Position numbers and translations under genes: made by a program. Positions 29,433 through 39,537 of a stretch of DNA of 64,000 nt are shown here, one piece after another. Position 1 is the stretch's first letter. Every line of letters begins with the position of its first letter. The notes beneath the pieces were generated by a model that made no database searches, was not told the origin of the DNA, and saw only the letters and a list, made by a program, of their open reading frames with translations. Source of the DNA: Verrucomicrobiota bacterium (GTDB lineage: Bacteria > Verrucomicrobiota > Verrucomicrobiia > JABWAM01); contig JAHFSY010000015.1 in the NCBI GenBank assembly GCA_023269615.1, forward strand, positions 1 to 64,000, in the 5' to 3' direction.

Positions 29433-29464
29433 ATTCTGGATTCTGGCTCCTGACTCCTGTCTCC
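29433..29464. repeat. Heptamer array attctgg attctgg ctcctga ctcctgt ctcc
   Basis: Same unit composition as the array inside mutL (17899-17950). A reverse-complement relative lies at 51556-51587. Confidence 0.6.
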
Positions 29465-29549
29465 ATTCATTCTTCCCATTTTCCGGTTTGCCGCCACGCC
29501 CTCCTCGTGGCATGGTGCGGGCTCCCTAAAAACCAACCAGGAGCATTTT

Positions 29550-30923
29550 ATGAAAGGCATCGGCAAAAAACGTATTTCTGAATTCCGCGATGAATTTGAC
29601 AAGGTTGCGCGCGTCCTCGAAACCACCCCCACCATTGACAAGCTGTTCGGCATCTCGAAAAAAGAATTTCTCTCGCGCCAGAAAAAGACGTCCGACTTGC
29701 TCAAGGCGCAGGGCATTGACGTCGGGTTCGTCTTCAGCGACCAGCATTATTGCGGCGACGTGCCCTACCTCGGCGGCAACACCAATGTTTCCATCGAGCA
29801 GATCGCGGGCGCCATTGGGCCAAAAGGGTTTCACATCGTGGCCGGTCTCGAGGGTGGTTACATCGCCGAGCAGCTTGCCGAGCGCGCGGGCGCAAAAGTT
29901 CACAAGGCGGAGCTGCTCCAGCTTGCCGATGAAAAATATCCGATCCGTGCGGAACGCCTTGAAGATGTCCTTGAGGAAGCGGCGGGCGGCACGGTGCGCA
30001 AGATCGGGCTTCTCACGCCGCGCCAGATTGTTCCCGAGGGCGTGGTGAGCTATCTCGAGAAACTTGTGGGCGCTGAAAACGTGGTGGACACGCAGATGCT
30101 CTACTACAAGCTCAAGTACGAGAAATCCGATGACGAGATGCGCTTGATCCGCGACGCAAACGTGGTGGCGGACGCGATGATGCGCGCGATGCTCGCGGTG
30201 CTGAAACCCGGCATGCTCGAAACGCAGGTCGCCGGCTGGGCCTATCTCGTGGCCAAGGAACTCGGCAGCGAGGAGAATGGCTGGGATGTGATGGTTGGCT
30301 CCGACGAGGCGAATCGCACGCTCATCGGCAAGGCGCTCAACCGCCCGATCAAGGAGGGCGCATACGTGCATCTCGGCGTGGCTCCCAAGCGTGATGGCCT
30401 CAACTCATGCCTGCGTCGCAGCATCATTGCGGTGGATGATCCGAAGAAGGTTGCGAAAGCGCAGCCCGACGCTCCGTATTGGTTCAAGCTCGTCGAGGGC
30501 GCGTACAAAGTCGGATTCGACAAATACGTCGAGGTGGCGAAGAAGGGATTGCCAGCAAAGCTGCAGGAACAGGCGCTCGTGGATTTCTATGCGTCACATG
30601 CCGACGAGGTTTCCAAGCGCATCGGAAAAAAAATCAATCTTGCCGCGCAGAAACCCTACACTGGAACGCACAACGCGGGGTACACCGAGTGCCAGGAATT
30701 TTATGGCGCGATTACGCTCGAGAGCGAGGAACCGCTCGGCGAACAGATCGTGACGATGCTGGATGTGGCGCTGCGCGGTGTGGGCGACCGATGGCATGAT
30801 GTGGTGATCCCCGGATTCGACTTCCTCGTGGTGGAAAACACGCTCGGCAAATTCGGCAAGCGGGTGGAGTGCTTCAACCAGGTTCCCGTCAACGTGCAGC
30901 ATCTGGTTGGCAACGTGGAGTGA
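29550..30923 (+). CDS. M24/creatinase-like (pita-bread fold) family protein
   Basis: C-terminal region resembles the M24 fold (GSDEANRTLIGKALNRPIKEGAYVHLGVAPKRDGLNSCLRRSII). I could not confirm the canonical metal ligands by eye. Confidence 0.4.
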   Translation: MKGIGKKRISEFRDEFDKVARVLETTPTIDKLFGISKKEFLSRQKKTSDLLKAQGIDVGFVFSDQHYCGDVPYLGGNTNVSIEQIAGAIGPKGFHIVAGLEGGYIAEQLAERAGAKVHKAELLQLADEKYPIRAERLEDVLEEAAGGTVRKIGLLTPRQIVPEGVVSYLEKLVGAENVVDTQMLYYKLKYEKSDDEMRLIRDANVVADAMMRAMLAVLKPGMLETQVAGWAYLVAKELGSEENGWDVMVGSDEANRTLIGKALNRPIKEGAYVHLGVAPKRDGLNSCLRRSIIAVDDPKKVAKAQPDAPYWFKLVEGAYKVGFDKYVEVAKKGLPAKLQEQALVDFYASHADEVSKRIGKKINLAAQKPYTGTHNAGYTECQEFYGAITLESEEPLGEQIVTMLDVALRGVGDRWHDVVIPGFDFLVVENTLGKFGKRVECFNQVPVNVQHLVGNVE

Positions 30924-30942
30924 GGATCTTTTAACTTTGGCA

Positions 30943-31053
30943 TGTAGGAGCCGCTGTCAGCGGCGACCGGGCCTTCGCCACGCCAGAGTGGCTTCGGCCA
31001 CGCAGGCGGGAAGGGAGGCAACCCGGGGATCGCCGCTGACAGCGGCTCCTACA
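30943..31053. repeat. REP-like palindromic element, family A
   Basis: tgtaggagccgctgtcagcggcgaccgggccttcgccacgcc ... gatcgccgctgacagcggctcctaca. It ends 8 bp before the SDR gene start. Confidence 0.65.
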
Positions 31054-31060
31054 AAAACAC

Positions 31061-31747
31061 ATGAAGGATAAGCGGATCATTTTGATTACGGGTGCCACGC
31101 GCGGGCTGGGGCGCGCCATGACGGATGGGTTCATCGGCCTCGGCCACACGGTCCTGGGATGCGGCCGTTCCGGCAAGGACATCGAATCGTTGCGTCACGC
31201 CCACGGAAAACCGAATGATTTCGACGTGGTGAACGTTGCTGAGGATTCCCAGGTGAAATCATGGGCGGCGCGTTTGCTCAAGGAATATGGAGCGCCCGAC
31301 CTGCTCATCAACAATGCCGCACTCGTAAACGTAAAATCACCGCTTTGGAAAGTGCCGGCCGCCGAATTTTCCGACGTTGTGGATGTAAACATCAAGGGCG
31401 TTGCGAATGTGATCCGTCACTTTGTTCCCGCCATGGTCGCCTTGAAGCGCGGGGTGATCGTCAATATCAGCTCGGGATGGGGGAGCTCGGTCTCGCCGAA
31501 CGTGGCGCCGTATTGCGCCACCAAGTTTGCCATCGAGGGACTCACCCAGGCGCTTGCGGAGGAGATTCCCGATGGGATGGCGGCGATTCCATTGAGCCCG
31601 GGTATGATTGACACCGACATGCTGCGATTATGCATGGGAGATGGCGCGGCGTCCGCCCCGAACCCTGCTGACTGGGCGGAGAGAAATGTCCCTTATCTGC
31701 TCAAGCTCGGGCCGAAGGACAACGGGAAATCTTTGAGTGTTTCTTGA
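31061..31747 (+). CDS. Short-chain dehydrogenase/reductase
   Basis: ILITGATRGLGRAM cofactor motif. NNAAL and the catalytic YCATK region. Confidence 0.8.
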   Translation: MKDKRIILITGATRGLGRAMTDGFIGLGHTVLGCGRSGKDIESLRHAHGKPNDFDVVNVAEDSQVKSWAARLLKEYGAPDLLINNAALVNVKSPLWKVPAAEFSDVVDVNIKGVANVIRHFVPAMVALKRGVIVNISSGWGSSVSPNVAPYCATKFAIEGLTQALAEEIPDGMAAIPLSPGMIDTDMLRLCMGDGAASAPNPADWAERNVPYLLKLGPKDNGKSLSVS

Positions 31748-31801
31748 AGTGGCCGCGTTCGCAAGAGCGCGGCCCCCGTATCCAAACTCTTGCGAGTTCG
31801 G

Positions 31802-32896
31802 CTACAAGACCAGTTGATACCAGTTGTCCCTTTGTCGCGGCTCGTATCCGAGCTCCTTGATCAACCGTTGCATGTCGGCCACGCCCATGCGGAAGCTTGT
31901 GCCGGCGGACGAGACCACGTTCTCCTCGATCATGATCGAGCCCAGATCATTCGCCCCATATTGCAGCGCGACCTGTCCAATCTTGGGTCCTTGCGTGACC
32001 CATGACGACTGGACGTTGTCAAAATTATCGAGAAAAATCCGGGCAAGCGCCTGCATGCGCAGATATTCGAACGATCCCACGGGCTCGGCGCGCAACCTCG
32101 TGTGCTCATGCTGGAACGTCCAGCAGATGAACGCGGTGAATCCGCCCGTCTCATCCTGCACGTCGCGCAAGCGCTGCAGATGCTCGATGCGATCCTCCAC
32201 CGTTTCCACGTGGCCGAACATCATCGTGGCGCTCGTGCGCAAACCCAGCTCGTGCCCGATCCGCATCACGTCAAGCCACGCATCCGTCTTGCATTTCAAT
32301 GGGGCGATGCGTTCGCGGACGCGGTCCACAAGAATCTCGCCGCCCCCGCCGGGGATCGAGCCCAGCCCAGCCTCCTTGAATTTCACGATCACCTCGCGCA
32401 CCGGCATCTTGAACACCTCGCTGAAGTGATTGAACTCCGGAGGCGAGAACGCGTGGATGTTGACCTGCGGATAGCGCCCCTTGATGAAGCGAAGCAGGTC
32501 GAGATAAAAATCAATGCCGAGTTTTGGATGGTGCCCGCCCTGCATGAGAATCTGGGTGCCCCCCAGCGCGATCGTCTCGTCAATCTTCTGCGCAATCTCC
32601 TCGTGAGTGCGCACATACGCATCGGCCTCACCCTCCGTGCGATAGAAGGCGCAAAACTTGCAATAGACGTTGCAGATGTTCGTGTAATTGATGTTGCGGT
32701 CCACGATGTAGGTGACGATCTCGTTGCCCCGCCCGCCATAAGCCTTCGCCTTCCTCTGCAGTCGCCGTTCATGCGCAAGCGCGCCAAGCTCCTCGAGAGA
32801 GCAGGCGCGGTAGAGACGCAGGGCTTCCCCGGATGAAATCCTGCCGCCGTCGAGAATTTTCCCCTGCAACGCATCGAGTGAAGGATCGTAGATCAC
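31802..32896 (-). CDS. Radical SAM enzyme of the MqnC/MqnE/CofH family (futalosine-pathway type)
   Basis: CNVYCKFCAF CxxxCxxC cluster. Family-typical YGANDLGSIMIEENVVSSAG C-terminal region. Confidence 0.6.
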   Translation of the reverse strand: MIYDPSLDALQGKILDGGRISSGEALRLYRACSLEELGALAHERRLQRKAKAYGGRGNEIVTYIVDRNINYTNICNVYCKFCAFYRTEGEADAYVRTHEEIAQKIDETIALGGTQILMQGGHHPKLGIDFYLDLLRFIKGRYPQVNIHAFSPPEFNHFSEVFKMPVREVIVKFKEAGLGSIPGGGGEILVDRVRERIAPLKCKTDAWLDVMRIGHELGLRTSATMMFGHVETVEDRIEHLQRLRDVQDETGGFTAFICWTFQHEHTRLRAEPVGSFEYLRMQALARIFLDNFDNVQSSWVTQGPKIGQVALQYGANDLGSIMIEENVVSSAGTSFRMGVADMQRLIKELGYEPRQRDNWYQLVL

Positions 32897-32965
32897 AACC
32901 TCACCCTAAGGGAGCCCGTGGGAAATGACAAGCCAGCCGGAATCAGGCTGCCGACCACGTCGTTT

Positions 32966-34069
32966 CTACTGAATTTTGGCGCGGCACTTGATTTCCCAGG
33001 TGGCGACGACTTTTTCGCCTCGCACGGCATACATGCGCTCATGGAGATTTACGGTCGGGCAGACGTGATTGGGGAGGACTCGAAGGCGCTGGCCGATCTT
33101 CAATCTGGTTTTGCTCTTTGACAGGTCGAGGTGGCCGTGTTCCTCGCTCATTCCATAAAAGATTATTTTTTCGTCGTCGCGGATTGTTCCGAACGTGGGG
33201 GCGGCTTTCGGGCCGTCGGGGATGAAGCGGTCGCTCGAAAACGTCTTGGAGCCGCCGTCCATCATGGCGCGCTTGTTCACCGCGGTGCTGACCACGGTGG
33301 TCATGACGTGCAGCGCGCATTGGTCCAATGTGCAGATGTCGGCGCCGAGCATGTTGCGGTCGTTGAAGGGGTACATGCCGGGGCGGATTTCGGTGATGCC
33401 CGGGGACCAGTGCGACTGGTAGGCGGTGGGAGTGGAGCCGGCGCTGACCCAGCGTTCGTCGAGCCCCTTGGCGCGGAAGCGGGCGCGCAGATCGGTGATG
33501 AGTTCGCCGAGTTGCCTGAGTGGTTTCTTCTGCTCGGGTGGGGGGAAGAAAAGCTGGCCGGGGTAGCAGGCGATGCCACGGAGGCGGAGCCCCTTCATTC
33601 GATTGATTTTTTCGGCGAGGACGACGAGCAGCCCGGGGGTTTCGACGCCCACGCGGTTCATGCCGACGTTGATTTCGGCGAGGATGTCAATCGTGACGCC
33701 CCGTCGCGCAGCCTCACGCGCGATTCCTTCGGCGGCTTCGACTGAATCGAGCGCGACGGCGATCTTCGCCTTTTTCGCGAGGCTGCAGAGGCGCCGGACC
33801 TTGATGTCACCCACGACGGGGTAGGCGATGAGGATGTCGAGCACGCCGTTTTCGACCATGACCTCGGCCTCGCCGACCTTGGCGCAGGTGATGCCTGGGA
33901 AGCCTTGGGCGATCTGCATCCTGGCGACGTCCGGGGATTTGTGCGTCTTGGAGTGGGGGCGCAGGTTGAGGTTGTGCTTGCGGCAGTAATCGGCCATGCG
34001 CTTGAGATTGGATTCCATCACGTCGAGGTTGACGATGATGCTGGGCGTGTCGAGATCGTGGATGGTCAT
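32966..34069 (-). CDS. Alanine-racemase-N-domain PLP enzyme (D-threonine aldolase / D-serine dehydratase-like family)
   Basis: HSKTHKSPDVARMQIAQG PLP-lysine region. The track ORF is N-extended; I set the start to the internal Met (MTIHDLDTPSIIVN). Confidence 0.55.
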   Translation of the reverse strand: MTIHDLDTPSIIVNLDVMESNLKRMADYCRKHNLNLRPHSKTHKSPDVARMQIAQGFPGITCAKVGEAEVMVENGVLDILIAYPVVGDIKVRRLCSLAKKAKIAVALDSVEAAEGIAREAARRGVTIDILAEINVGMNRVGVETPGLLVVLAEKINRMKGLRLRGIACYPGQLFFPPPEQKKPLRQLGELITDLRARFRAKGLDERWVSAGSTPTAYQSHWSPGITEIRPGMYPFNDRNMLGADICTLDQCALHVMTTVVSTAVNKRAMMDGGSKTFSSDRFIPDGPKAAPTFGTIRDDEKIIFYGMSEEHGHLDLSKSKTRLKIGQRLRVLPNHVCPTVNLHERMYAVRGEKVVATWEIKCRAKIQ

Positions 34070-34192
34070 GGGCGGGAGTGGAGCAAATGAGGAAGGGGGG
34101 GGCGATAGAAAAATGGGGGGGAGACCCCTGGCCCCCAGGGTCCGAAATTCAGGTTGCTTGTCCAGCGATTTCAGGTTACCCCTTTGCGCTTC

Positions 34193-35167
34193 ATGAACGC
34201 GCTGGAAACCAATGGGCTGTCGAAAGAATACACGGGGAACTGGGGGAAGCGCACGAAGGTTTCCGCGTTGAACGGGTTGACGATCCAGGTGGAGCATGGG
34301 CAGATTTATGGTTTTTTGGGCCCGAATGGCGCGGGCAAATCCACGACGATCAAGTTGTTGCTGGGGCTGATCGCCCCGACGGCGGGCACGGGTTCGCTGT
34401 TTGGGATTTCGATTCATGACAAGCGGGCGCGCGAGCGCGTGGGATTTCTGCCGGAGGACCCGTCGTTTTGCGCGTATCTGCGGGCGGATGAATTTCTCGA
34501 CCTGTGCGGCAAGGTGTTGCACATGGACCGGGAGCAGCGAAAGAAGCGGATTGCCGAGACGTTGCAGATGGTGGGGCTTCCCGACAAGGCGACCACCCGC
34601 ATTTCACAGTTTTCGCGCGGCATGTTGCAGCGCATCGGGCTGGCACAGGCGCTGATGAACAAGCCCGACCTGGTGGTATTGGACGAACCCTTAAATGGTC
34701 TTGATCCCTACGGGCGCAAGGAGCTAAAAGCATTGCTGCAAGTTCAAAAATCCCAAGGCAAAACCGTGTTTTTCTCAAGCCATATTCTTTCCGACGTCCA
34801 GGAGATGTGCGACCAGGTCGGGATATTGAACCGCGGCCAGCTGGTGGAATGCGGGAAGTTGAAGGAGATGCTGCCGGTGCGAAACGTGCGATTGAAGGTT
34901 TCGACGATGGACATGGACACGGTGAACCGCCTGGAGCCGCTGGTGGCCTCGATGACTCGCGAGCATCACCACTGGATCATCCAGCTGGAAGGCGCTTCGC
35001 GGACGGACGAGGTTTGCGCGATCCTGCGCGGGCACGCCCAGCAATCCATCGAGATCACGCGCACGACGGAGACGCTGGAGGAATTTTTCTTTCGCCGGAT
35101 CGAGGAGAACAATCTCGAACGGGGCATCACCCGGCCGGAGCCGATCATGGCCATGGCGGAAGCCTAG
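34193..35167 (+). CDS. ABC transporter ATP-binding protein
   Basis: Walker A GPNGAGKST. Signature region and Walker B LVVLDEP. Confidence 0.8.
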   Translation: MNALETNGLSKEYTGNWGKRTKVSALNGLTIQVEHGQIYGFLGPNGAGKSTTIKLLLGLIAPTAGTGSLFGISIHDKRARERVGFLPEDPSFCAYLRADEFLDLCGKVLHMDREQRKKRIAETLQMVGLPDKATTRISQFSRGMLQRIGLAQALMNKPDLVVLDEPLNGLDPYGRKELKALLQVQKSQGKTVFFSSHILSDVQEMCDQVGILNRGQLVECGKLKEMLPVRNVRLKVSTMDMDTVNRLEPLVASMTREHHHWIIQLEGASRTDEVCAILRGHAQQSIEITRTTETLEEFFFRRIEENNLERGITRPEPIMAMAEA

Positions 35168-35194
35168 AAACAACCAGGAAACCGAGGAAACAAC

Positions 35195-35932
35195 ATGAAT
35201 GACATGATGACGATTTGCAAAACCACGTACACCCGGGTGATCCGGACAAGGTCGCTGTACGTGTTGCTGGCAGCGGTGCTGATGCTGGTGGGAGTGACCC
35301 ACCTGTACGCCGACCTTACGGGCGGACGACAGGCGCAGTTGATGTATGACACGGGAGGCGGGGTTCTGACCCTGGTGGGGCTGTTTTCCGCGTTGATGGT
35401 GACATTCGATATTGCGCGTGACCTGCGCGAAAAGGTGGCGATGACATTGCTCTCGAAACCCCTGGGCCGCAGCCAGTATTTGCTCGGCAAGTTTTGCGGG
35501 ATCGTGTGGATCATGACGGTGAACCTGTTCATCCTTTCAGCGGGCGTGATGCTGGTGCTGCATCTTGAGGAGGGCACGTGGAGGGCCGATTTCATCAAGC
35601 TGGCGATTTCGACATGGGGGGCGATGGTGATGACGACGGCCCTTGGCGTGATGTTCGCATCCTTTCTCGGCGAGCTATCAGCCGCGCTGCTGACGTTGTT
35701 TGTTTTTGTGGCGGGCCACGCCACGGCGGGTTTGTATTATGGAACGAGGGCCTTCAAGGTGCTCGGCGGCATGTTGCCGGGGTTCTGCCTGGTAAATTTC
35801 AAGACGGAACTTGGAAACAATCTTGGGATTTCATGGGACCTGATCGCCCTGGCGGTGGCGTACGCACTGGTTTACAGCGCGGTGCTTCTGTCCATGGCCA
35901 CCATCTTCTTCAACCGTCGCGACATCGCGTGA
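35195..35932 (+). CDS. ABC-2 type transporter permease
   Basis: Six predicted TM helices, immediately downstream of the ATPase. Confidence 0.6.
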   Translation: MNDMMTICKTTYTRVIRTRSLYVLLAAVLMLVGVTHLYADLTGGRQAQLMYDTGGGVLTLVGLFSALMVTFDIARDLREKVAMTLLSKPLGRSQYLLGKFCGIVWIMTVNLFILSAGVMLVLHLEEGTWRADFIKLAISTWGAMVMTTALGVMFASFLGELSAALLTLFVFVAGHATAGLYYGTRAFKVLGGMLPGFCLVNFKTELGNNLGISWDLIALAVAYALVYSAVLLSMATIFFNRRDIA

Positions 35933-35963
35933 TTACACCCAAGGATCAAACTGTTAAAAATTT

Positions 35964-36956
35964 ATGAATTCACGAATTTCATTTTCATCCATTGTGTTTC
36001 TGCTGGCCGCCCTTGCGGCAAGCATCATCCTGAGCTCGAAGCTTGCCAAGGCCCGCGCCGTGGACTGTGTCACCGTTGCCCAGGGGCAGAGCCCGATGGA
36101 TGGCGGTCTCGGCAAATTTATTTCCCATATCAACTGGATGCGATTGATCCAGCTGCGGGGAACCGTTGACACCATGGGAGGCGACAAGGCGGCGGGGTTG
36201 CTGGCGAAGAAGTATAACGAGATCACCGACCACGACCCGATGTTCGCTGCAGCCTACGAGGAGGGCGCGCTCGATCTTGGGTGGCAGAATCCTCAAGAGT
36301 CCCTCAACCTCCTCGACAAGGCCATGAGGGTCAGCAAGCTCAATGACTGGAAGATTCCCTTCATGGCCGGCTTTATTGCCAAGACGCGCCTCAAGGATCC
36401 TGCCCGCGCCATCGCGTATGTCGAAGAATCCATCAAGCATCCCGACTGTCCCGGTTATGTCCAGCGCTACCTGATCAATCTCAAGTCCGAGGTTGCCAAT
36501 GGCGATCCGATGGTCACTTTAAATCTTTGGACGGAGTATTATGAGGCAGGCAGGGCCCCCAAGGACTCCATTGAGCCCAGGATGGGACGTGGAGTGCTTC
36601 GCCCGAGAATCGCCATGCGGACCAACACGCTGGCCGAGGCCGACCGTCACATGGCCCTTACACGGATCAGCCAGCTTTCCTCGAAAATCATCGCCGACGC
36701 ACAAGCCGCGCAGGCGACGGAAAAGGAGCCAGGCCGCAAGAAAGAACTGCAGGACAAGATTGACAATGTCGGGAAGATCGTCAACCAGGTCTATGGCGGA
36801 ATTCACATCTGCTCCAAGTGCTTTCGCCCTTTCAGCGCAGGAGACAACTTTTGTGTCTTTGACGGCACCAAGCTCCAGCCCTACGGCACCTGTCCGAAGG
36901 ATGGGACTGTGACGCGTGACGCGTATTGCCAGAAATGCGGCACGAAAGTGAACTGA
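35964..36956 (+). CDS. Hypothetical membrane-anchored protein with a C-terminal double zinc-ribbon
   Basis: N-terminal anchor. C-terminus CSKCFRPFSAGDNFCVFDG...CPKDG...CQKCGTKV. Confidence 0.45.
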   Translation: MNSRISFSSIVFLLAALAASIILSSKLAKARAVDCVTVAQGQSPMDGGLGKFISHINWMRLIQLRGTVDTMGGDKAAGLLAKKYNEITDHDPMFAAAYEEGALDLGWQNPQESLNLLDKAMRVSKLNDWKIPFMAGFIAKTRLKDPARAIAYVEESIKHPDCPGYVQRYLINLKSEVANGDPMVTLNLWTEYYEAGRAPKDSIEPRMGRGVLRPRIAMRTNTLAEADRHMALTRISQLSSKIIADAQAAQATEKEPGRKKELQDKIDNVGKIVNQVYGGIHICSKCFRPFSAGDNFCVFDGTKLQPYGTCPKDGTVTRDAYCQKCGTKVN

Positions 36957-37026
36957 GCCATTTCGGACCGATATCAGATGGCGTGTTGTGTGACCCGCTC
37001 ATGACGAGCTTTTCGACCGGGCTTCC

Positions 37027-38745
37027 ATGAGTTCCTCCCATCCAACCCAGCACGGCGCAGGGAAGCTCGCGATGGGGTTGGCCGTCTCACTCACCATTCT
37101 TGTCCTTGCAGACTGGAAATTGAGGCGCGTTGAAAAAGTGGACGAGCAGATCGTTACGGGGCAAACCGGCTTTTCATGGGTGGATGAAGTCCTGGCGCAA
37201 CGCGCCGCACGGCAGATCGAGCTGAAAAAACTCGCGTCGGATGTGGACGAGGCGAAAACCGCCCCGCAGAGAATCGCTGCGCGATACGCCATCGCCGCTT
37301 ACGAATCGAAGCAGGGACAGCCCGATAGCCGCCGCGCCATCGCCGCATTCCGTGCTGTCATTGCGGAAGGCGGCGAGACTGCCCAGACGCTGGACGCCCG
37401 CCGCCAGTTGATCGGCATCTCGCAGTCCAACGAGGATTCTGCAGAATCCACGCGGCTGTTGATTCCCTATGCAGACATCGTCCGCCGTTTGCCGCTCAGC
37501 CCGTCAAAACTTTCATCTCTCCTTGACGTGTGGCGGCTTGGCACAGAGTTAAACCAGGATGATATTGTCTGCCGGGCGCTGGAGGTCATTCATCACGAAT
37601 ATCCTCTCTCCCCTGAAGCCCTGCAGGCCTATGAGGAGCTGGAACGCATCAACAAATCGCGGAACAACAGCGTGGCAGCGGCCGCCGTCCACGAAACGAT
37701 CCTGAAGACGCGTGATCTCATGAAGCAACAGGATGATGAGCAGCTGCGGTATCAGTCCCTCGGAGCGCAGATTCGGGAGAAGGACGCCGCGCACGCCGAT
37801 GAAACTCTGGCCGCCATGACGCCGGGGCTGCTTTCCATGATTGATTACTGGAGCTTGTATGCGCAGGTGATCGCACTCTACGAAGCCCAGGGCAAGACGG
37901 ATGACGTGAGAAGACTGATCATGAAGGCGGGAAGCGTGTTCGATTTGGAAAAAATCCCCCCGGCACAAAGGACTTCTTTTCTCACCTCCCTTGCGCAGGG
38001 GCAGATGGCGGCGGGCCAGTTTGCCGAGGCAGCCGCAACCCTGGCAAAACTTCCGGAAAAGGACGCAGCCATGCCATGGACGCTGCATCTTCGCGCGAAA
38101 CTCTGGCTCGCAAGCCGCCAGGGCGATTCGGCGGTCCCAGTCGCCCGCGCTCTCTCCGTTGGCACCCTTCCCGCCATCACGGCGGACAAATCAGATGCGA
38201 ATTGGAATGCAATGCTGCCCGCTGTGAATGCGGCCACCCCTTCCACGTATCCCGAGACACGATGGAGGGCTTATTCCTCGGGTGGCGCGCTCTGCGTGCA
38301 GGTGGATTGCACGGAACCCGAGCCCGAGAAAATGCGCATAGCACAGACCAAGGCGGACAGCGCCGTTTGGGAGGACGACAGCATTGAGATATTCACCGCG
38401 TCGGTGAAGGATGATTCCGCCTACAACGGCGTCATGGTCAATTCCAAGGGGGTGTTGCTGGATGTCCGTTCGACCTCGGGCAAGCCGACGATTCCGCCGA
38501 TTTACGCAGAGAACATGGCATGGTCGTCGGGGGCGACGGCGAAGACGGAGAAGACAGCCACCGGCTGGCGCGTGAACATTTCCATTCCATGGAAAAATCT
38601 GAACATCAACCCCTCCGATGGCGCGTGCTTCCTGGCCATCCGCCGCCAGCGTTACGTCACCGGCACGCGCGAGCCCTCCTCATGGACAGTGCCCGCCCTC
38701 ACCGTGCAAGACCCCTCCTCGATGGGCGTGTTGATTTTCAAGTGA
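37027..38745 (+). CDS. Hypothetical membrane-anchored protein with a helical-repeat region and a C-terminal CBM9-like/DOMON-like domain
   Basis: TM anchor near the N-terminus. The C-terminal about 170 aa resemble a carbohydrate-binding family 9-like fold (AVWEDDSIEIFTA...WRVNISIPW). Resemblance is by eye only. Confidence 0.4.
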   Translation: MSSSHPTQHGAGKLAMGLAVSLTILVLADWKLRRVEKVDEQIVTGQTGFSWVDEVLAQRAARQIELKKLASDVDEAKTAPQRIAARYAIAAYESKQGQPDSRRAIAAFRAVIAEGGETAQTLDARRQLIGISQSNEDSAESTRLLIPYADIVRRLPLSPSKLSSLLDVWRLGTELNQDDIVCRALEVIHHEYPLSPEALQAYEELERINKSRNNSVAAAAVHETILKTRDLMKQQDDEQLRYQSLGAQIREKDAAHADETLAAMTPGLLSMIDYWSLYAQVIALYEAQGKTDDVRRLIMKAGSVFDLEKIPPAQRTSFLTSLAQGQMAAGQFAEAAATLAKLPEKDAAMPWTLHLRAKLWLASRQGDSAVPVARALSVGTLPAITADKSDANWNAMLPAVNAATPSTYPETRWRAYSSGGALCVQVDCTEPEPEKMRIAQTKADSAVWEDDSIEIFTASVKDDSAYNGVMVNSKGVLLDVRSTSGKPTIPPIYAENMAWSSGATAKTEKTATGWRVNISIPWKNLNINPSDGACFLAIRRQRYVTGTREPSSWTVPALTVQDPSSMGVLIFK

Positions 38746-39515
38746 TGAAAAATCCTTCGATCACACGTTCACTCCGAGTTTCCATGACGATCCCTGAGAT
38801 CCTTGTCATGGTAAATCTCGGCGCACTACTGGTCGTCCTGGTGCTTCCCGCACTGAATCAGGCCGACGAGACCGCCAAGGCGGCAAAATGCATGGATAAT
38901 CTAAAACGGATCTATGCGGGACTGGCACTTTATGCGGAGGACAACCGGGATTATTTTCCGTACCAGCTGAATTGGCAGCACACTCTAGGACGCAACGGGT
39001 ATGTTGGCAAGGCGGACGCGCCTTTCGGACCAAACACGACAACCAACGACATGGGACGCACGCTTCGCTGGCCGGTGTTCTTCTGCCCGGCCGAGAAGGG
39101 TGCCAAGACCTCCTACCCCGGAATTGGTGAGACCAAGGTTGCAACTCTGTACGACACCGACTTCTTCAATTCCAGCTATGCCTTGAACTCGAGCGTCAAT
39201 GCAAACGCCCTCTGCGAAGGATCGGTCTTACGTCTAAGAAAGTTCAGTGATACTCCTGACTGCCAGGGAGGCGCAGCGTCAGCCCCCATCATCATGGACT
39301 ACAAGAGCATTCCGAAATACGAATGGGACTCTATGGGATATATGAGGGACCTAGATGAGAGGGTGGGCTCTGCCTACACGAATTGGCTGTATGCGTTCCG
39401 TCATCCGGGCGAACAGGCAAACGTGCTTTATCTTGACGGTCACGTGGATGCCATCAGGCATTTCGTAAGGACCGGAAAAATGAACTGGGTGTCGCTTGAC
39501 GGTGACGAATACTGA
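38745..39515 (+). CDS. Prepilin-type N-terminal domain protein with H-X9-DG motif (DUF1559-like, PVC-type)
   Basis: N-terminus TIPEILVMVNLGALLVVLVL resembles a class III signal peptide. C-terminal LYLDGHVDAI matches the H-X9-DG signature. The ATG overlaps the upstream stop (TGATG). Confidence 0.55.
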   Translation: MKNPSITRSLRVSMTIPEILVMVNLGALLVVLVLPALNQADETAKAAKCMDNLKRIYAGLALYAEDNRDYFPYQLNWQHTLGRNGYVGKADAPFGPNTTTNDMGRTLRWPVFFCPAEKGAKTSYPGIGETKVATLYDTDFFNSSYALNSSVNANALCEGSVLRLRKFSDTPDCQGGAASAPIIMDYKSIPKYEWDSMGYMRDLDERVGSAYTNWLYAFRHPGEQANVLYLDGHVDAIRHFVRTGKMNWVSLDGDEY

Positions 39516-39537
39516 TCCCGCATTTGGTTTGATAGGC